A DNA stretch of 32,000 nt from an uncultured Bacilli bacterium (GCA_934122275.1 CAKOWI010000006.1:39362-71361); one strand, 5' to 3'; shown: positions 1 to 12,565, numbered from the stretch's first letter. Numbers and translations: made by a program. Notes: a model not told the origin generated them from the letters alone.

Positions 1-2146
1 ATAAGCAATCTTCTGATAATTCGATTCCTTTAACACCACTAGCAGTTCTTCCCATTATTCTTATTTCATTTTCATTAAATCTTATCATTCTACCATTACT
101 AGATGCTATAACAACATCATCATTTCCATTTGTAAAATGAACGGTTAATACTTCATCATTTTCTTTCAATGTAATAGCTATTTTTCCAGTTTTTCTAATG
201 TTTTCAAATTCACTAACGGATGTACGTTTTACTAAACCATTTTTAGTTATTATAACTAAATATTTATTCTCTTCTGAGCCGTTATCCAATAATATATTAT
301 TGATTTTTTCATCTTTTTCAATTTGAAGTAAATTAATTATTGGTAGTCCCTTCGATTGTCTTGAAAATTCAGGAATTTCATATCCTTTTATTCTATATAC
401 TTTTCCCTTATTAGTAAAGAATAGTACATGATTATGAGTAGTACCAGATTTCAATATTTCTACGAAATCTTCATCATTAGTTGCCATTCCTTTAATACCT
501 ACTCCACCCTTATTTTGAAGCTTATAAGTATCTGTTGGCATCCTCTTTATATATCCTTTATGAGTTAATGCTACTACTATATCTTCAACTGGTATTAATG
601 ATTCATCTTCAATGTAATCAACAGCTGTCATATCAATTGAAGTTCTTCTTTCATCTCCATATTTTCTCTTAATTTCTAACATTTCTTCTTTAATTATGTT
701 CATTACTTTTTTGTTAGAAGCTAATATGGATTTTAATTCTGCTATTTCTTTTGTTAAATCATCTAATTCAGCTTCTATTTTTCCTCTTTCTAAGCCTGTT
801 AATCTCTTTAATCTCATATCTAATATACTTTTTGCTTGTATCTCAGATAATTTAAACTTATTCATTAACTTATTTTGAGCATCTTCATCTGATTCAGAAT
901 TTCTTATTATGCTTACAACTTCATCTATATTATCTAATGCTATTTTTAATCCTTCTAATATGTGAACTCGTGCTTCATCTTGTTCTAAATCAAACTTTGT
1001 TCTTCTAATTATTACTTCTTTTTGATGATCAATATATTTTGATATTATTGATTTTAAACCTAACGTTTTTGGTGTACCATTATCTATAACTAAGAAAATA
1101 ATTCCATAATTAGTTTGAAAATTAGTATGTTTATATAAATTATTTAAAACAACTTGTGGATTTGCATCCTTTTTTAATGTTATGGTAATTTTAACACCAT
1201 TCTTTAAATCAGTATGATAATCTGATATTCCATCTATAATCTTATTATGAACTAATTCTGCAACCTTATTTTTAAGTTCCATAGTATTAACACCATAAGG
1301 AACTTCAGTTATTACAATTTGATTATGATTGTTTTTTTCCTCTATATAGGCCCTACTTCTTATAGTAATAGAACCTCGGCCAGTTTCGTAAGCCTTTCTA
1401 ATACCAGAATTACCAAGAATTACACCACCGGTTGGAAAATCAGGCCCCTTTATGTAATTCATAAGTCCTAACGTATCAATTTCCGGATCATCTATATATG
1501 CAACACATCCATCTATAACTTCTGACAAATTATGTGGTGGTATATTTGTTGCCATACCAACAGCAATGCCCATTGAACCATTAACTAATACATTTGGAAT
1601 TCTAGACGGTAAAACTACTGGTTCTGGACTTGTTTCATCAAAGTTTGGCATCATATCTACCGTATTTTTTCTAATATCTCTAAGCATTTCAAGTGATATC
1701 TTAGATAATCTAGCTTCTGTATAACGGTATGCAGCAGCTCCATCACCTTCTATATTACCAAAGTTACCATGCCCATCAACCATCATATATCTTTGGTTAA
1801 AATCTTGTGCTAATCTTACCATTGCATCATATATTGATGAGTCACCATGTGGATGATAATGTCCCATAACATAACCAACTGTTGTAGCTGATTTTTTGTG
1901 TGGTTTATCTGGTGTATTTCCTTCTTCAAACATTGACCATAATATTCTTCTATGAACTGGTTTTAATCCATCTCTTAAATCAGGAATCGCGCGTGATGTT
2001 ATAACACTCATTGAATAATCTAGAAAGGAATCTGATATTTCTTTTACGATATCATTTTTCGCATGGCTATCTCTTTCGTGAAATGTTCCTCCATACTCTC
2101 CTGATTCGTTTTCTTCATTTTTTTCTATTTCTTTATTCTCTTCCAT
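1..2146 (-). CDS. gyrA: DNA gyrase subunit A (first ~715 codons; 3' end runs off the left edge)
   Basis: Not in the ORF track because there is no stop in the window. My minus-strand translation from ATG 2146 reads MEENKEIEKNEENESGEYGG...SDSFLDYSMSVITSRAIPDLRDGLKPVHRRILWSM...HPHGDSSIYDAMVRLAQDF...GDGAAAYRYTEARL (catalytic Tyr motif). AGGAGG lies 7 nt upstream, and the gene sits directly downstream of gyrB. Confidence 0.95.
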   Translation of the reverse strand, partial: MEENKEIEKNEENESGEYGGTFHERDSHAKNDIVKEISDSFLDYSMSVITSRAIPDLRDGLKPVHRRILWSMFEEGNTPDKPHKKSATTVGYVMGHYHPHGDSSIYDAMVRLAQDFNQRYMMVDGHGNFGNIEGDGAAAYRYTEARLSKISLEMLRDIRKNTVDMMPNFDETSPEPVVLPSRIPNVLVNGSMGIAVGMATNIPPHNLSEVIDGCVAYIDDPEIDTLGLMNYIKGPDFPTGGVILGNSGIRKAYETGRGSITIRSRAYIEEKNNHNQIVITEVPYGVNTMELKNKVAELVHNKIIDGISDYHTDLKNGVKITITLKKDANPQVVLNNLYKHTNFQTNYGIIFLVIDNGTPKTLGLKSIISKYIDHQKEVIIRRTKFDLEQDEARVHILEGLKIALDNIDEVVSIIRNSESDEDAQNKLMNKFKLSEIQAKSILDMRLKRLTGLERGKIEAELDDLTKEIAELKSILASNKKVMNIIKEEMLEIKRKYGDERRTSIDMTAVDYIEDESLIPVEDIVVALTHKGYIKRMPTDTYKLQNKGGVGIKGMATNDEDFVEILKSGTTHNHVLFFTNKGKVYRIKGYEIPEFSRQSKGLPIINLLQIEKDEKINNILLDNGSEENKYLVIITKNGLVKRTSVSEFENIRKTGKIAITLKENDEVLTVHFTNGNDDVVIASSNGRMIRFNENEIRIMGRTASGVKGIELSEDCL

Positions 2147-2157
2147 CAAAAAACCTC

Positions 2158-5201
<3,044 letters not shown>

Positions 5202-5299
5202 AATTTGCAATTTTTAAGCTCATATAAAACACCTAACATCTTTCTAGTACACTACTACATACAATTTAATTATACCACAAAATAAGCTTAATTTAAGCA

Positions 5300-5333
5300 A
5301 AAAATGCATATTTTAGCAATTTAATGCATTTTT
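5300..5333 (-). terminator. Hairpin plus T-run downstream of comK-like gene
   Basis: AAAAATGCAT (5300-5309) pairs with ATGCATTTTT (5324-5333). On the minus strand this gives a stem followed by a T-run overlapping the comK stop. The stem is AT-rich, so strength is uncertain. Confidence 0.5.
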
Positions 5334-5771
5334 TATCCTTTTATTTAATAAAGATTCTAATCTAGTAGCTCTAAGCACCTGATTATCTAATATATTATAT
5401 GGTATATCAATAGGTAATTGTTTTCCACAGGAAAAATTTACTATTGATTTTTTATCAGTTGCATAATAGTCTTCCAAATTATTCAGTGAAATCCAGCTAC
5501 ACCCTTCGACTCTTGGTGATAACGTTGGAAAAAATATAATAGGATTACTTTCTTCTATTATTATTGGTGCTTTGTAAGAAATACCTAATATTTCCTTAGT
5601 TCCTTTTAGCCTACCTAGATATGAACTGCCAAAAAATTTACAACTTTTATCAACTATTTTTGTTGTGGATAAATTAACTTCAAACTGATCGTTCTTTTCA
5701 ATCACTAATGATTTATCTAGTCCTAAATAAATTATTGCATATGTATTTTTGTTTATTTCATATTGTTTCAT
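5313..5771 (-). CDS. comK: ComK-family competence transcription factor homolog
   Basis: MKQYEINKNTYAI...IVDKSCKFFGSSYLGRLKGTKEILGISYKAPIIIEESNPIIFFPTLSPRVEGCSWIS aligns residue-for-residue with my recollection of B. subtilis ComK (YEVNGATIAV...IVDRSCRFFGSSYAGRKAGTYEVTKISHKPPIMVDPSNQIFLFPTLSSTRPQCGWIS). Start set at ATG 5771 because GGAGGG lies 7 nt upstream; the track ORF extends to 5798. Confidence 0.8.
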   Translation of the reverse strand: MKQYEINKNTYAIIYLGLDKSLVIEKNDQFEVNLSTTKIVDKSCKFFGSSYLGRLKGTKEILGISYKAPIIIEESNPIIFFPTLSPRVEGCSWISLNNLEDYYATDKKSIVNFSCGKQLPIDIPYNILDNQVLRATRLESLLNKRIKNALNC

Positions 5772-5851
5772 ATCAAAACCCTCCATAAAAATATACATAT
5801 ATTATCCACAGCATGCAGAATTTTTTTGTCGTTTTTTATTAGGATTTAAAA

Positions 5852-5873
5852 AAAATGCACAAATGTGCATTTT
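5852..5873 (-). terminator. Hairpin overlapping dnaN stop
   Basis: AAAATGCACA / TGTGCATTTT inverted repeat spanning the dnaN stop codon, followed by a T-run when read on the minus strand. Confidence 0.5.
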
Positions 5874-6993
5874 AATAAGTTATTATAGGTACTATTAATT
5901 GTAATATGGTATCATCCGATTCATCAGCTACTATAATAGGTTTCATTTCATCATTAAATTTTAACACTACATTTGTGCTTTCCACTGTTTTAATGGCATC
6001 CATCATAAATTTAGAAGAAAAAGCTATCTTTATATTATTTTCGTTATTTTTATTTATTTCTAATCTTTCTTCTACCCTACCTATTTCTGGAGAATTTGAT
6101 GATATAACAACTTCATTATCTATACATTCAAATTTTATTATATTTTTATCCTTTTCACTTGTTAATAATGCTGCTCTATCTATTACATTATATAAATCTG
6201 TACAATTAGCAGTTATTTCAAGTTCAAATGTAGAAGGTATCAACCTATTTACATCAGGAAAAGTACCACTTAATACTCTTGTTTGAAATAATGTATCATC
6301 AAACTTAAATAAAACCTTATTTCCAAATATATGCATTTCTATATTATTATCTGTCTCATCTAATATTCTAGTTAACTCGATTAAATTTTTTCCAGGAATA
6401 ACAATATTTACATCTTCTTCTGATTCTTCTGAAAGTGTTGTAAACTTTTTAGCAAGTCTATAAGAATCAGTAGCAATACATTCTAATTTATCTTTTGATA
6501 TTTTAAAGTTAATACCTGTTAAAATAGGTCTAGTTTCTTGTGTTGATACAGCAAAGAAAGTCTTATTTATCAAATTTTTAAACTCTTCTTTCTTTAATAT
6601 TATAGGTTTTTTCTTTTCTTCTAAATTTAAATTTGGAAATTCACTAGCATCCATACAATTCAAATTAAACTCTGATTTTCCACAGGAAATCAAAACCTTT
6701 ATATTATCAAACAATTCTATGTTTACTATGTTTCCATCTAATTTTCTAATAATTTCTAATATGTATTTTCCTTGAATAACTGTAACTCCAGTTGATTCGA
6801 TAGATTCTAGTTTTTCTTTATCTATAAAAGATTCTATACTTATATCATTATCGCTAGCACTTAAGAATAATCCATTATCAGTTAAATTAAATTTAATACC
6901 AGATAATATAGGTATTATATTCTTTGAAGATAATGCTTTGCTAACTGAATTTAAACTATGTAATAATGTTTCTTTTTTTATACTAAATTTCAT
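5872..6993 (-). CDS. dnaN: DNA polymerase III beta sliding clamp
   Basis: 373-aa ORF starting MKFSIKKETLLHSLNSVSKALSSKNIIPILSGIKF, with three-domain clamp length, immediately downstream of dnaA. Confidence 0.95.
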   Translation of the reverse strand: MKFSIKKETLLHSLNSVSKALSSKNIIPILSGIKFNLTDNGLFLSASDNDISIESFIDKEKLESIESTGVTVIQGKYILEIIRKLDGNIVNIELFDNIKVLISCGKSEFNLNCMDASEFPNLNLEEKKKPIILKKEEFKNLINKTFFAVSTQETRPILTGINFKISKDKLECIATDSYRLAKKFTTLSEESEEDVNIVIPGKNLIELTRILDETDNNIEMHIFGNKVLFKFDDTLFQTRVLSGTFPDVNRLIPSTFELEITANCTDLYNVIDRAALLTSEKDKNIIKFECIDNEVVISSNSPEIGRVEERLEINKNNENNIKIAFSSKFMMDAIKTVESTNVVLKFNDEMKPIIVADESDDTILQLIVPIITY

Positions 6994-7134
6994 TATAATT
7001 CTCCTTTATTATTAAATTATTATTATTATTACTGTGGATAAAGTGGAAAACTCCGTTTTTTGTTGAAATATAAAGTTTTAATGATAAATTTAATCCACAT
7101 CATAAGTTGATAAATCTTCAAGTAATCCACAAGT
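6994..7134. promoter_or_regulatory. oriC part 2 (dnaA-dnaN spacer): DnaA boxes plus trinucleotide run
   Basis: Perfect TGTGGATAA at 7033-7041, abutted by AGTGGAAAA at 7042-7050. TAATCCACA occurs at 7091-7099 and 7123-7131. An (ATT)5 run at 7016-7030, preceded by ATTATT at 7008-7013, ends 2 nt from the tandem boxes. Confidence 0.6.
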
Positions 7135-8487
7135 CTATTTTATTTTACTTTTTAAAGCATCAATTATTGCCTTAAATTGTGGATTAGTTTTTACTTCATT
7201 ATCAATTTTGTCAACAGAGTGCATAACTGTTGAATGATCCCTTCCGCCAAATTGTATTCCAATTTTAGGAAATGACTCATCCGTCATAGTTCTACACAGA
7301 TATATGGCAATTTGCCTTGGAAATGCAACAGATGCTTTTCTCTTTTTAGATTTTAAATCTTCAACAGTAATATTATAGTATTCTGCTACAACCTGCTGTA
7401 TTTTTTGAATATTATTTTTTACAAAAGAAGATTTAGACAGGTAATCTTTTAAGGCATCAATCGCAAGTGTTAAATTGATATTACTAGTATTAAACATTGT
7501 TGCATATGCTATTATCCTTGTTAAGGCACCTTCTAACTGCCTTACGTCAGAATCACAGTTATTAGCAATGTAGGCTATAACATCATCACTTATCTCGCCT
7601 TCCATGTTTTGTCCTAACATTTTTTTCTTTAATATCTCTACACGCATTTCATAATCTGGTGGATAAATATTAACACTTAATCCCCAATTAAATCTTGTTC
7701 TTAGTCTATCCTCTAGTTTCTTTAAATCATCAGGCGATCTATCAGAAGATATTATTATTTGTTTATTATCATCATAAAGATTATTAAATGTGTTGAAAAA
7801 TTCCTGCTGAGTTTGTGTTGCACTGCCTAAGAATTGAATATCATCTATTATTAATACGTCAACTCCCCTATACTTACTTTTAAAACTATCTATATAGTCA
7901 AAATTGGTTCCAGATTCATCTTTCTTATTTATATTTAAAAAGTCAGATATAAACTGTTCACTCGTAACATACAGAACCTTTTTATTAGAGTTTTCAATGA
8001 TAAAATTACCAATAGCATGCATAAGGTGTGTTTTTCCAAGACCACTATTACCGTATAAGAACAAAGGATTATATGTTTTTCCAGGATTTTCTGCAACAGA
8101 AACAGCGGCCATATAAGCAAATTTATTACTATCACCTACTATAAAAGAATCAAAAGTATATTTTGGATTCAAATTAGACTTTTCTGGTGTATTAATAGGA
8201 ACACCTACGTTTTCCACAGAAATATTAATATTCTCTTTTACATCATCTTCAAAAACAAATTCAAAATCAAAGCTAGTGTTTGTTATTTCACTAAATACGT
8301 CTGATATTGTTTGATACCAAGTCCCTTCTAGTTGAGCTTTTTGCATTGGTGAATCAACTAGTACTTTAGCAACATTATTATCAAGTGATAATAGTTTTGT
8401 ATCTTTAAACCAAGTATCGTATGATATAGAGGCAATCATAGATTTTATTTTTTCTAGAAAACTATTCCATATATTATCTATGTTCAT
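7135..8487 (-). CDS. dnaA: Chromosomal replication initiator DnaA
   Basis: 450-aa ORF with AAA+ Walker A GNSGLGKTHLMHA, Walker B LIIDDIQFL and the domain IV DNA-binding region (FPRQIAIYLCRTMTDESFPKIGIQFGGRDHSTVMHSVDKI). Confidence 0.97.
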   Translation of the reverse strand: MNIDNIWNSFLEKIKSMIASISYDTWFKDTKLLSLDNNVAKVLVDSPMQKAQLEGTWYQTISDVFSEITNTSFDFEFVFEDDVKENINISVENVGVPINTPEKSNLNPKYTFDSFIVGDSNKFAYMAAVSVAENPGKTYNPLFLYGNSGLGKTHLMHAIGNFIIENSNKKVLYVTSEQFISDFLNINKKDESGTNFDYIDSFKSKYRGVDVLIIDDIQFLGSATQTQQEFFNTFNNLYDDNKQIIISSDRSPDDLKKLEDRLRTRFNWGLSVNIYPPDYEMRVEILKKKMLGQNMEGEISDDVIAYIANNCDSDVRQLEGALTRIIAYATMFNTSNINLTLAIDALKDYLSKSSFVKNNIQKIQQVVAEYYNITVEDLKSKKRKASVAFPRQIAIYLCRTMTDESFPKIGIQFGGRDHSTVMHSVDKIDNEVKTNPQFKAIIDALKSKIK

Positions 8488-8874
8488 AATAACCTCCTTT
8501 CCCCCTATGAAACGAGATATTCATATATATTTTATCAAAAAAACTGTGTAAAAACAACGAAAAATATATATTTAAATGTTTTCCACAAGAGTTTTCCACA
8601 GGATAAACTCTTATATTTCAACAAAATTCGACAAAATCCACTTTTCCACAAAAAAAAATTTGTCGAAAAAGTTATATACAATTGAAAGTTTTCCACAGAT
8701 TGTTGATAAATATTGAAAACTAAGCAAATAAACAGAGTTTAAGATTGATACCTGTGGAAAACTATGTGCAAAAGAAAATTAATAAAATTGATTAAATTTT
8801 TAAAACTGTGTATAATTTATGAATACTTTAATCTAAATAATTAGCATAAACATAAGTATAGTAAACAAAAAATG
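8488..8874. promoter_or_regulatory. oriC part 1 / dnaA promoter region with DnaA-box cluster
   Basis: TTTTCCACA (1 mismatch to TTATCCACA) occurs at 8579-8587, 8592-8600, 8642-8650 and 8689-8697, with an inverted TGTGGAAAA at 8753-8761. Two TGTCGAA (Spo0A-box consensus) heptamers lie at 8627-8633 (reverse) and 8661-8667. Confidence 0.75.
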
Positions 8875-8903
8875 TTGACAATTAGTAAAATAAAATTTAT
8901 AAT
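8875..8903 (+). promoter_or_regulatory. Consensus sigma-A type promoter for rpmH
   Basis: TTGACA (8875-8880), a 17-nt spacer, then TATAAT (8898-8903), about 50 nt upstream of the rpmH ATG. Confidence 0.6.
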
Positions 8904-8952
8904 ATTCGTGTTCGAAAAAGACATATTATAATAAAATGCGGAGGTGTTATTG

Positions 8953-9081
8953 ATGAAAAGAACTTTTCAACCTAATAATCATAAGAGAAAAAAGAATCAT
9001 GGTTTTTTTGCTAGGAAGTTAGCCGGAACTGGTATTATGAATTTAAGAAGAGCAAAAGGACGTAAGAAGTTATCTGCATAA
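8953..9081 (+). CDS. rpmH: 50S ribosomal protein L34
   Basis: Below the ORF-track size cut-off. My translation is [42 protein letters not shown] (42 aa). GGAGGTG SD lies upstream, in the conserved position before rnpA. Confidence 0.95.
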   Translation: MKRTFQPNNHKRKKNHGFFARKLAGTGIMNLRRAKGRKKLSA

Positions 9082-9083
9082 TT

Positions 9084-9109
9084 CCACTTATAGAAATAAG
9101 TGGTTTTTT
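9084..9109 (+). terminator. Rho-independent terminator/attenuator after rpmH
   Basis: CCACTTAT-AGAA-ATAAGTGG stem-loop followed by TTTTTTG. Confidence 0.6.
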
Positions 9110-9126
9110 GTTATGAAGAGGTTAAT

Positions 9127-9453
9127 ATGAAGAAAATAAATATAATAAAGGAAAGAAAAGATTTTGACCACATATTTAAATTAAGAAATCAAAAAACTTC
9201 AAAATATGCGTACTTATATATAGGATGTCCATCAGAATGTAAATATAGATTTGGGATATGTGTATCAAAGAAATTAGGAAATGCTGTTTTAAGAAACAAA
9301 TTAAAAAGAAGAACAAAAGATATAATTGATAAAAGCGGATTGCATTTTTTTAATAAAGATTATATAATTGTACTAAAGAAAAGTGCTTCAAGTGCTGAGT
9401 ATTTAGAACTTAAAGAAGATCTTTTAGTTCTTTTAAAAAATATAAGTGAATAG
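9127..9453 (+). CDS. rnpA: RNase P protein component
   Basis: MKKINIIKERKDFDHIF... with the conserved GNAVLRNKLKRRTKD (RNR) motif. Start taken at ATG 9127 rather than the track start 9100, which lies inside the rpmH terminator. Confidence 0.9.
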   Translation: MKKINIIKERKDFDHIFKLRNQKTSKYAYLYIGCPSECKYRFGICVSKKLGNAVLRNKLKRRTKDIIDKSGLHFFNKDYIIVLKKSASSAEYLELKEDLLVLLKNISE

Positions 9454-9466
9454 GAGATTAAACTAG

Positions 9467-10447
9467 ATGAAAAAACTAAAGAAAATATTATTGGTTTTTT
9501 TACTGGTTTTTTTATTAGCAGGATGTACGCAACCTGTTACTAAAGAAGTTAGTAAAAATGGTAAGAAAAAAACTGAGGCCGTTACTTATGATAAAGGAAA
9601 AAAGGCAACAGGACAAAGACTTACCAAAAACATAATATGTAAACCAACTAATAAGGAATTAGTAGAAGTTTACAAAGAAAATAAAGTTAATACTGATAAG
9701 TTAGTTGATTGTGAAAAATTTACTCCAAGTATTAAAGATAGTGAAGGTATTTGGGATAATATATTTATTAAGCCTCTAGCGTGGGTTATATTAAAATTAG
9801 GATATTTAGTTAAAAACTTTGGTTTGGCAGTTATAATAGCAAGTATAATAATAAGGTTGATATTATATCCAGTAACAAAAAAGAGTGCAATGCAATCTGA
9901 AAATTTAAACAAAGCACAACCAGAATTACAAAGACTTGAAAAAAAATATGCAAATAAGACTAATGATCAACAAGCTATGATTCAAAAATCACAAGAAATG
10001 ATGGCAATTTATAAAAAATACAATATTTCTTTGATGTCAGGATGTATAGTTGCATTCTTACAATTACCATTATTTATAGCATTTTTAGAAGCAATTAATA
10101 GAACACCAGCTATTTTTGAAGGCAAGTTTTTAGGGTTAGAGCTAGGAACAACACCAATATTTGCAATTTTAAAAGGAAATTATGCTTATTTAATTTTACC
10201 AATTATAATTTTTATAGTTACTTACTTTTCGTTAAAGCAAAATAAAAATGCTGCACCAACTGATTCTAATCCAGCTGCTATGTCAACAAAAATGATGATG
10301 AATGTTATGATTTTTGTTATTACGATAAGTTCATTTAATTTATCAACAGCAATTGGATTATATTGGATTGCATCAAGTTTATTTACAATCATTCAAAATG
10401 CATTAATTAAAAGAGGTGGAAATAATGTTAGAATTAAAAAGTCATAA
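9467..10447 (+). CDS. yidC: Membrane protein insertase YidC/SpoIIIJ family (lipoprotein)
   Basis: Lipobox LLAGC at the N-terminus, a multi-TM Oxa1-type core (LILYPVTKKSAMQSENLNKAQPELQRLEKKY), in the position after rnpA. Confidence 0.93.
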   Translation: MKKLKKILLVFLLVFLLAGCTQPVTKEVSKNGKKKTEAVTYDKGKKATGQRLTKNIICKPTNKELVEVYKENKVNTDKLVDCEKFTPSIKDSEGIWDNIFIKPLAWVILKLGYLVKNFGLAVIIASIIIRLILYPVTKKSAMQSENLNKAQPELQRLEKKYANKTNDQQAMIQKSQEMMAIYKKYNISLMSGCIVAFLQLPLFIAFLEAINRTPAIFEGKFLGLELGTTPIFAILKGNYAYLILPIIIFIVTYFSLKQNKNAAPTDSNPAAMSTKMMMNVMIFVITISSFNLSTAIGLYWIASSLFTIIQNALIKRGGNNVRIKKS

Positions 10448-11048
10448 TTATAGTGGAAAAAACAAAGATGAGCTATTGAGTACTTCTTTAAATGAATTAA
10501 ATGCAAATACTGATGAAGTTTATTATGATATAAAAGAGGAAGTAACTGGTAGTTTATTTAAGAGTAAAAAATATTATTTAACTGTTGTACTAAAAAATGA
10601 TGTTATTGATTATATTAAGTCTTACTTAAAGGAAATAACTGATTTAATGGGTATTTCTTGTAATTTTGAAATTCAAAAGAGAGAAGAATATATAAAAGTT
10701 AATATTGTTTCAGATAGTAGTTCAATTTTAATTGGAAAAAATGGAAAGACTATGAGTTCTCTTCAATATCTTTTAAAGCAATCTATCCAAAGTAAGATTC
10801 CTGCAAAAATAAATATAATAATTGATACTAATGATTATAGAGAGAAAAAAGAAAAAAATATAGAAAGATTAGCTATTAGATTAGCTAAAGAAGTAAGAAA
10901 AACTAAGGTAGATGTAAAAATGGATAGTATGAATTCTTATGAAAGAAGAATAGTACATAATAAATTATCTGGTTTTAAAGGTGTTACAACCGAAAGTATT
11001 GGTGAAGAACCAAATAGATGTGTAGTTATTAAATGTATAGAGGAATAG
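10425..11048 (+). CDS. jag: Jag/KhpB RNA-binding protein (KH + R3H domains)
   Basis: The C-terminus SYERRIVHNKLSGFKGVTTESIGEEPNRCVVI is an R3H motif, and ILIGKNGKTMSSLQYLL is KH-like. Start at ATG 10425 (AGAGGTGGA SD) overlaps the yidC end. Confidence 0.85.
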   Translation: MLELKSHNYSGKNKDELLSTSLNELNANTDEVYYDIKEEVTGSLFKSKKYYLTVVLKNDVIDYIKSYLKEITDLMGISCNFEIQKREEYIKVNIVSDSSSILIGKNGKTMSSLQYLLKQSIQSKIPAKINIIIDTNDYREKKEKNIERLAIRLAKEVRKTKVDVKMDSMNSYERRIVHNKLSGFKGVTTESIGEEPNRCVVIKCIEE

Positions 11049-11111
11049 AAATGTTTCTCTATTTTTTTGTATTATATGCTATAATACACATATCAAAAGG
11101 AAGTGAACTTT

Positions 11112-12455
11112 ATGGATGATACAATAGTTGCAATATCAACAGCACTTGGAGAAGGAGCAATATCTATTATTAGAGTATCAGGAGTTGATGCTATAAAAAT
11201 AATTAATCCTTTATTTGATGGAAAAGATTTAGAAAAAGTATCAAGTCATACAATAAATTATGGTCATATAGTATATAATGGTGAGATTATAGATGAGGTC
11301 TTATTATCAATTATGAAAGCACCTAAAACGTATACAAAGGAAGATGTAATAGAAATAAACACTCATGGATCAATTGCAGTTGTTAATAAAATAATGGAAA
11401 TATTACTTCTTGAAGGTTGCAGATTAGCAGAACCTGGTGAATTTACTAAAAGGGCATTTTTAAATGGTAGAATAGATTTAACAGAATCAGAAGGAGTTAT
11501 GGATTTAATAAATTCTGAAACAGAACTAACTAGAAAAATGGCTATTAATGAGTTATCTGGTAATGTTTCTAGGTTAATAACTGATACAAGAGAAGATATA
11601 GTAAGTTTGATATCTAATATAGAAGTAAATATAGATTATCCTGAGTATGAAGATATAGAAGTAGTAACAATAAACAAAATAAAAGAAAAAGTACGAGAAA
11701 TAAAAGAAAAATTATTAAAGACATTAAAATTATCAGAGGATGGAAAAATATTAAAAGATGGTATTAAAACGGTTATATTAGGAAAACCAAACGTAGGTAA
11801 ATCAAGTCTTTTAAATGCTTTATTAGAAGAGGAAAAAGCCATTGTAACAGATGTAAAAGGTACAACACGTGATATAGTAGAGGGAAGTATTTTAGTAGGT
11901 GGTATAAAACTTAATTTAATAGACACAGCAGGTGTTAGAAAATCAGATGATATAGTTGAAAAAATAGGTATTGAAAAAAGTTTAAACCTAATAGATGAAG
12001 CAGAATTGGTATTACTTATTTTGGATGCTAGTTGCCCTTTAAGTGAAGAAGATAAGTATTTGCTAGAAAAAACTAAAGATAAGAAAAGAATTATAATAAT
12101 GAATAAAATAGATTTAAAGTTAAATAATTCCTATATGGATGATGTTATAAAAATAAGTGCTAAAAATAATGAGGGAATAGAAGATATAAAAGATGCAATA
12201 AAAGAATTGTTTAATGTTGGAACATTTATGAGTAAAAACTTAACTTTCTTTACTAATGCAAGACAAATATCTTTATTAAAGTCTGCTATTAAATCTTTAG
12301 AGGACGTAGAACAAGGCATTAAAGAAGAAAGAGAAATAGACATGATTGAAATAGATTTAAAATTAGTATGGGAAAAATTAGGGGACATAATAGGAGCCAA
12401 TTACACGGAAGAATTAGTTGATAATTTGTTTAGTAGATTTTGTTTAGGAAAGTAA
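11112..12455 (+). CDS. mnmE: tRNA modification GTPase MnmE
   Basis: DTIVAISTALGEGAISIIRVSG N-terminus, G1 motif GKPNVGKSSLLNAL, DTAG, NKIDL and the C-terminal FCLGK motif. Confidence 0.95.
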   Translation: MDDTIVAISTALGEGAISIIRVSGVDAIKIINPLFDGKDLEKVSSHTINYGHIVYNGEIIDEVLLSIMKAPKTYTKEDVIEINTHGSIAVVNKIMEILLLEGCRLAEPGEFTKRAFLNGRIDLTESEGVMDLINSETELTRKMAINELSGNVSRLITDTREDIVSLISNIEVNIDYPEYEDIEVVTINKIKEKVREIKEKLLKTLKLSEDGKILKDGIKTVILGKPNVGKSSLLNALLEEEKAIVTDVKGTTRDIVEGSILVGGIKLNLIDTAGVRKSDDIVEKIGIEKSLNLIDEAELVLLILDASCPLSEEDKYLLEKTKDKKRIIIMNKIDLKLNNSYMDDVIKISAKNNEGIEDIKDAIKELFNVGTFMSKNLTFFTNARQISLLKSAIKSLEDVEQGIKEEREIDMIEIDLKLVWEKLGDIIGANYTEELVDNLFSRFCLGK

Positions 12456-12464
12456 ATGTGTTTT

Positions 12465-12491
12465 AAAAACTTGGGTTTTATCCAAGTTTTT
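12465..12491 (+). terminator. Rho-independent terminator after mnmE
   Basis: AAAAACTTGG-GTTTTAT-CCAAGTTTTT followed by ATTG. Confidence 0.7.
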
Positions 12492-12565
12492 ATTGTATGT
12501 GACAAAATATGAGCTTTTTATAACATTTGATTTATATAATAAATGAACTGATTAAAGGAGCTTAT

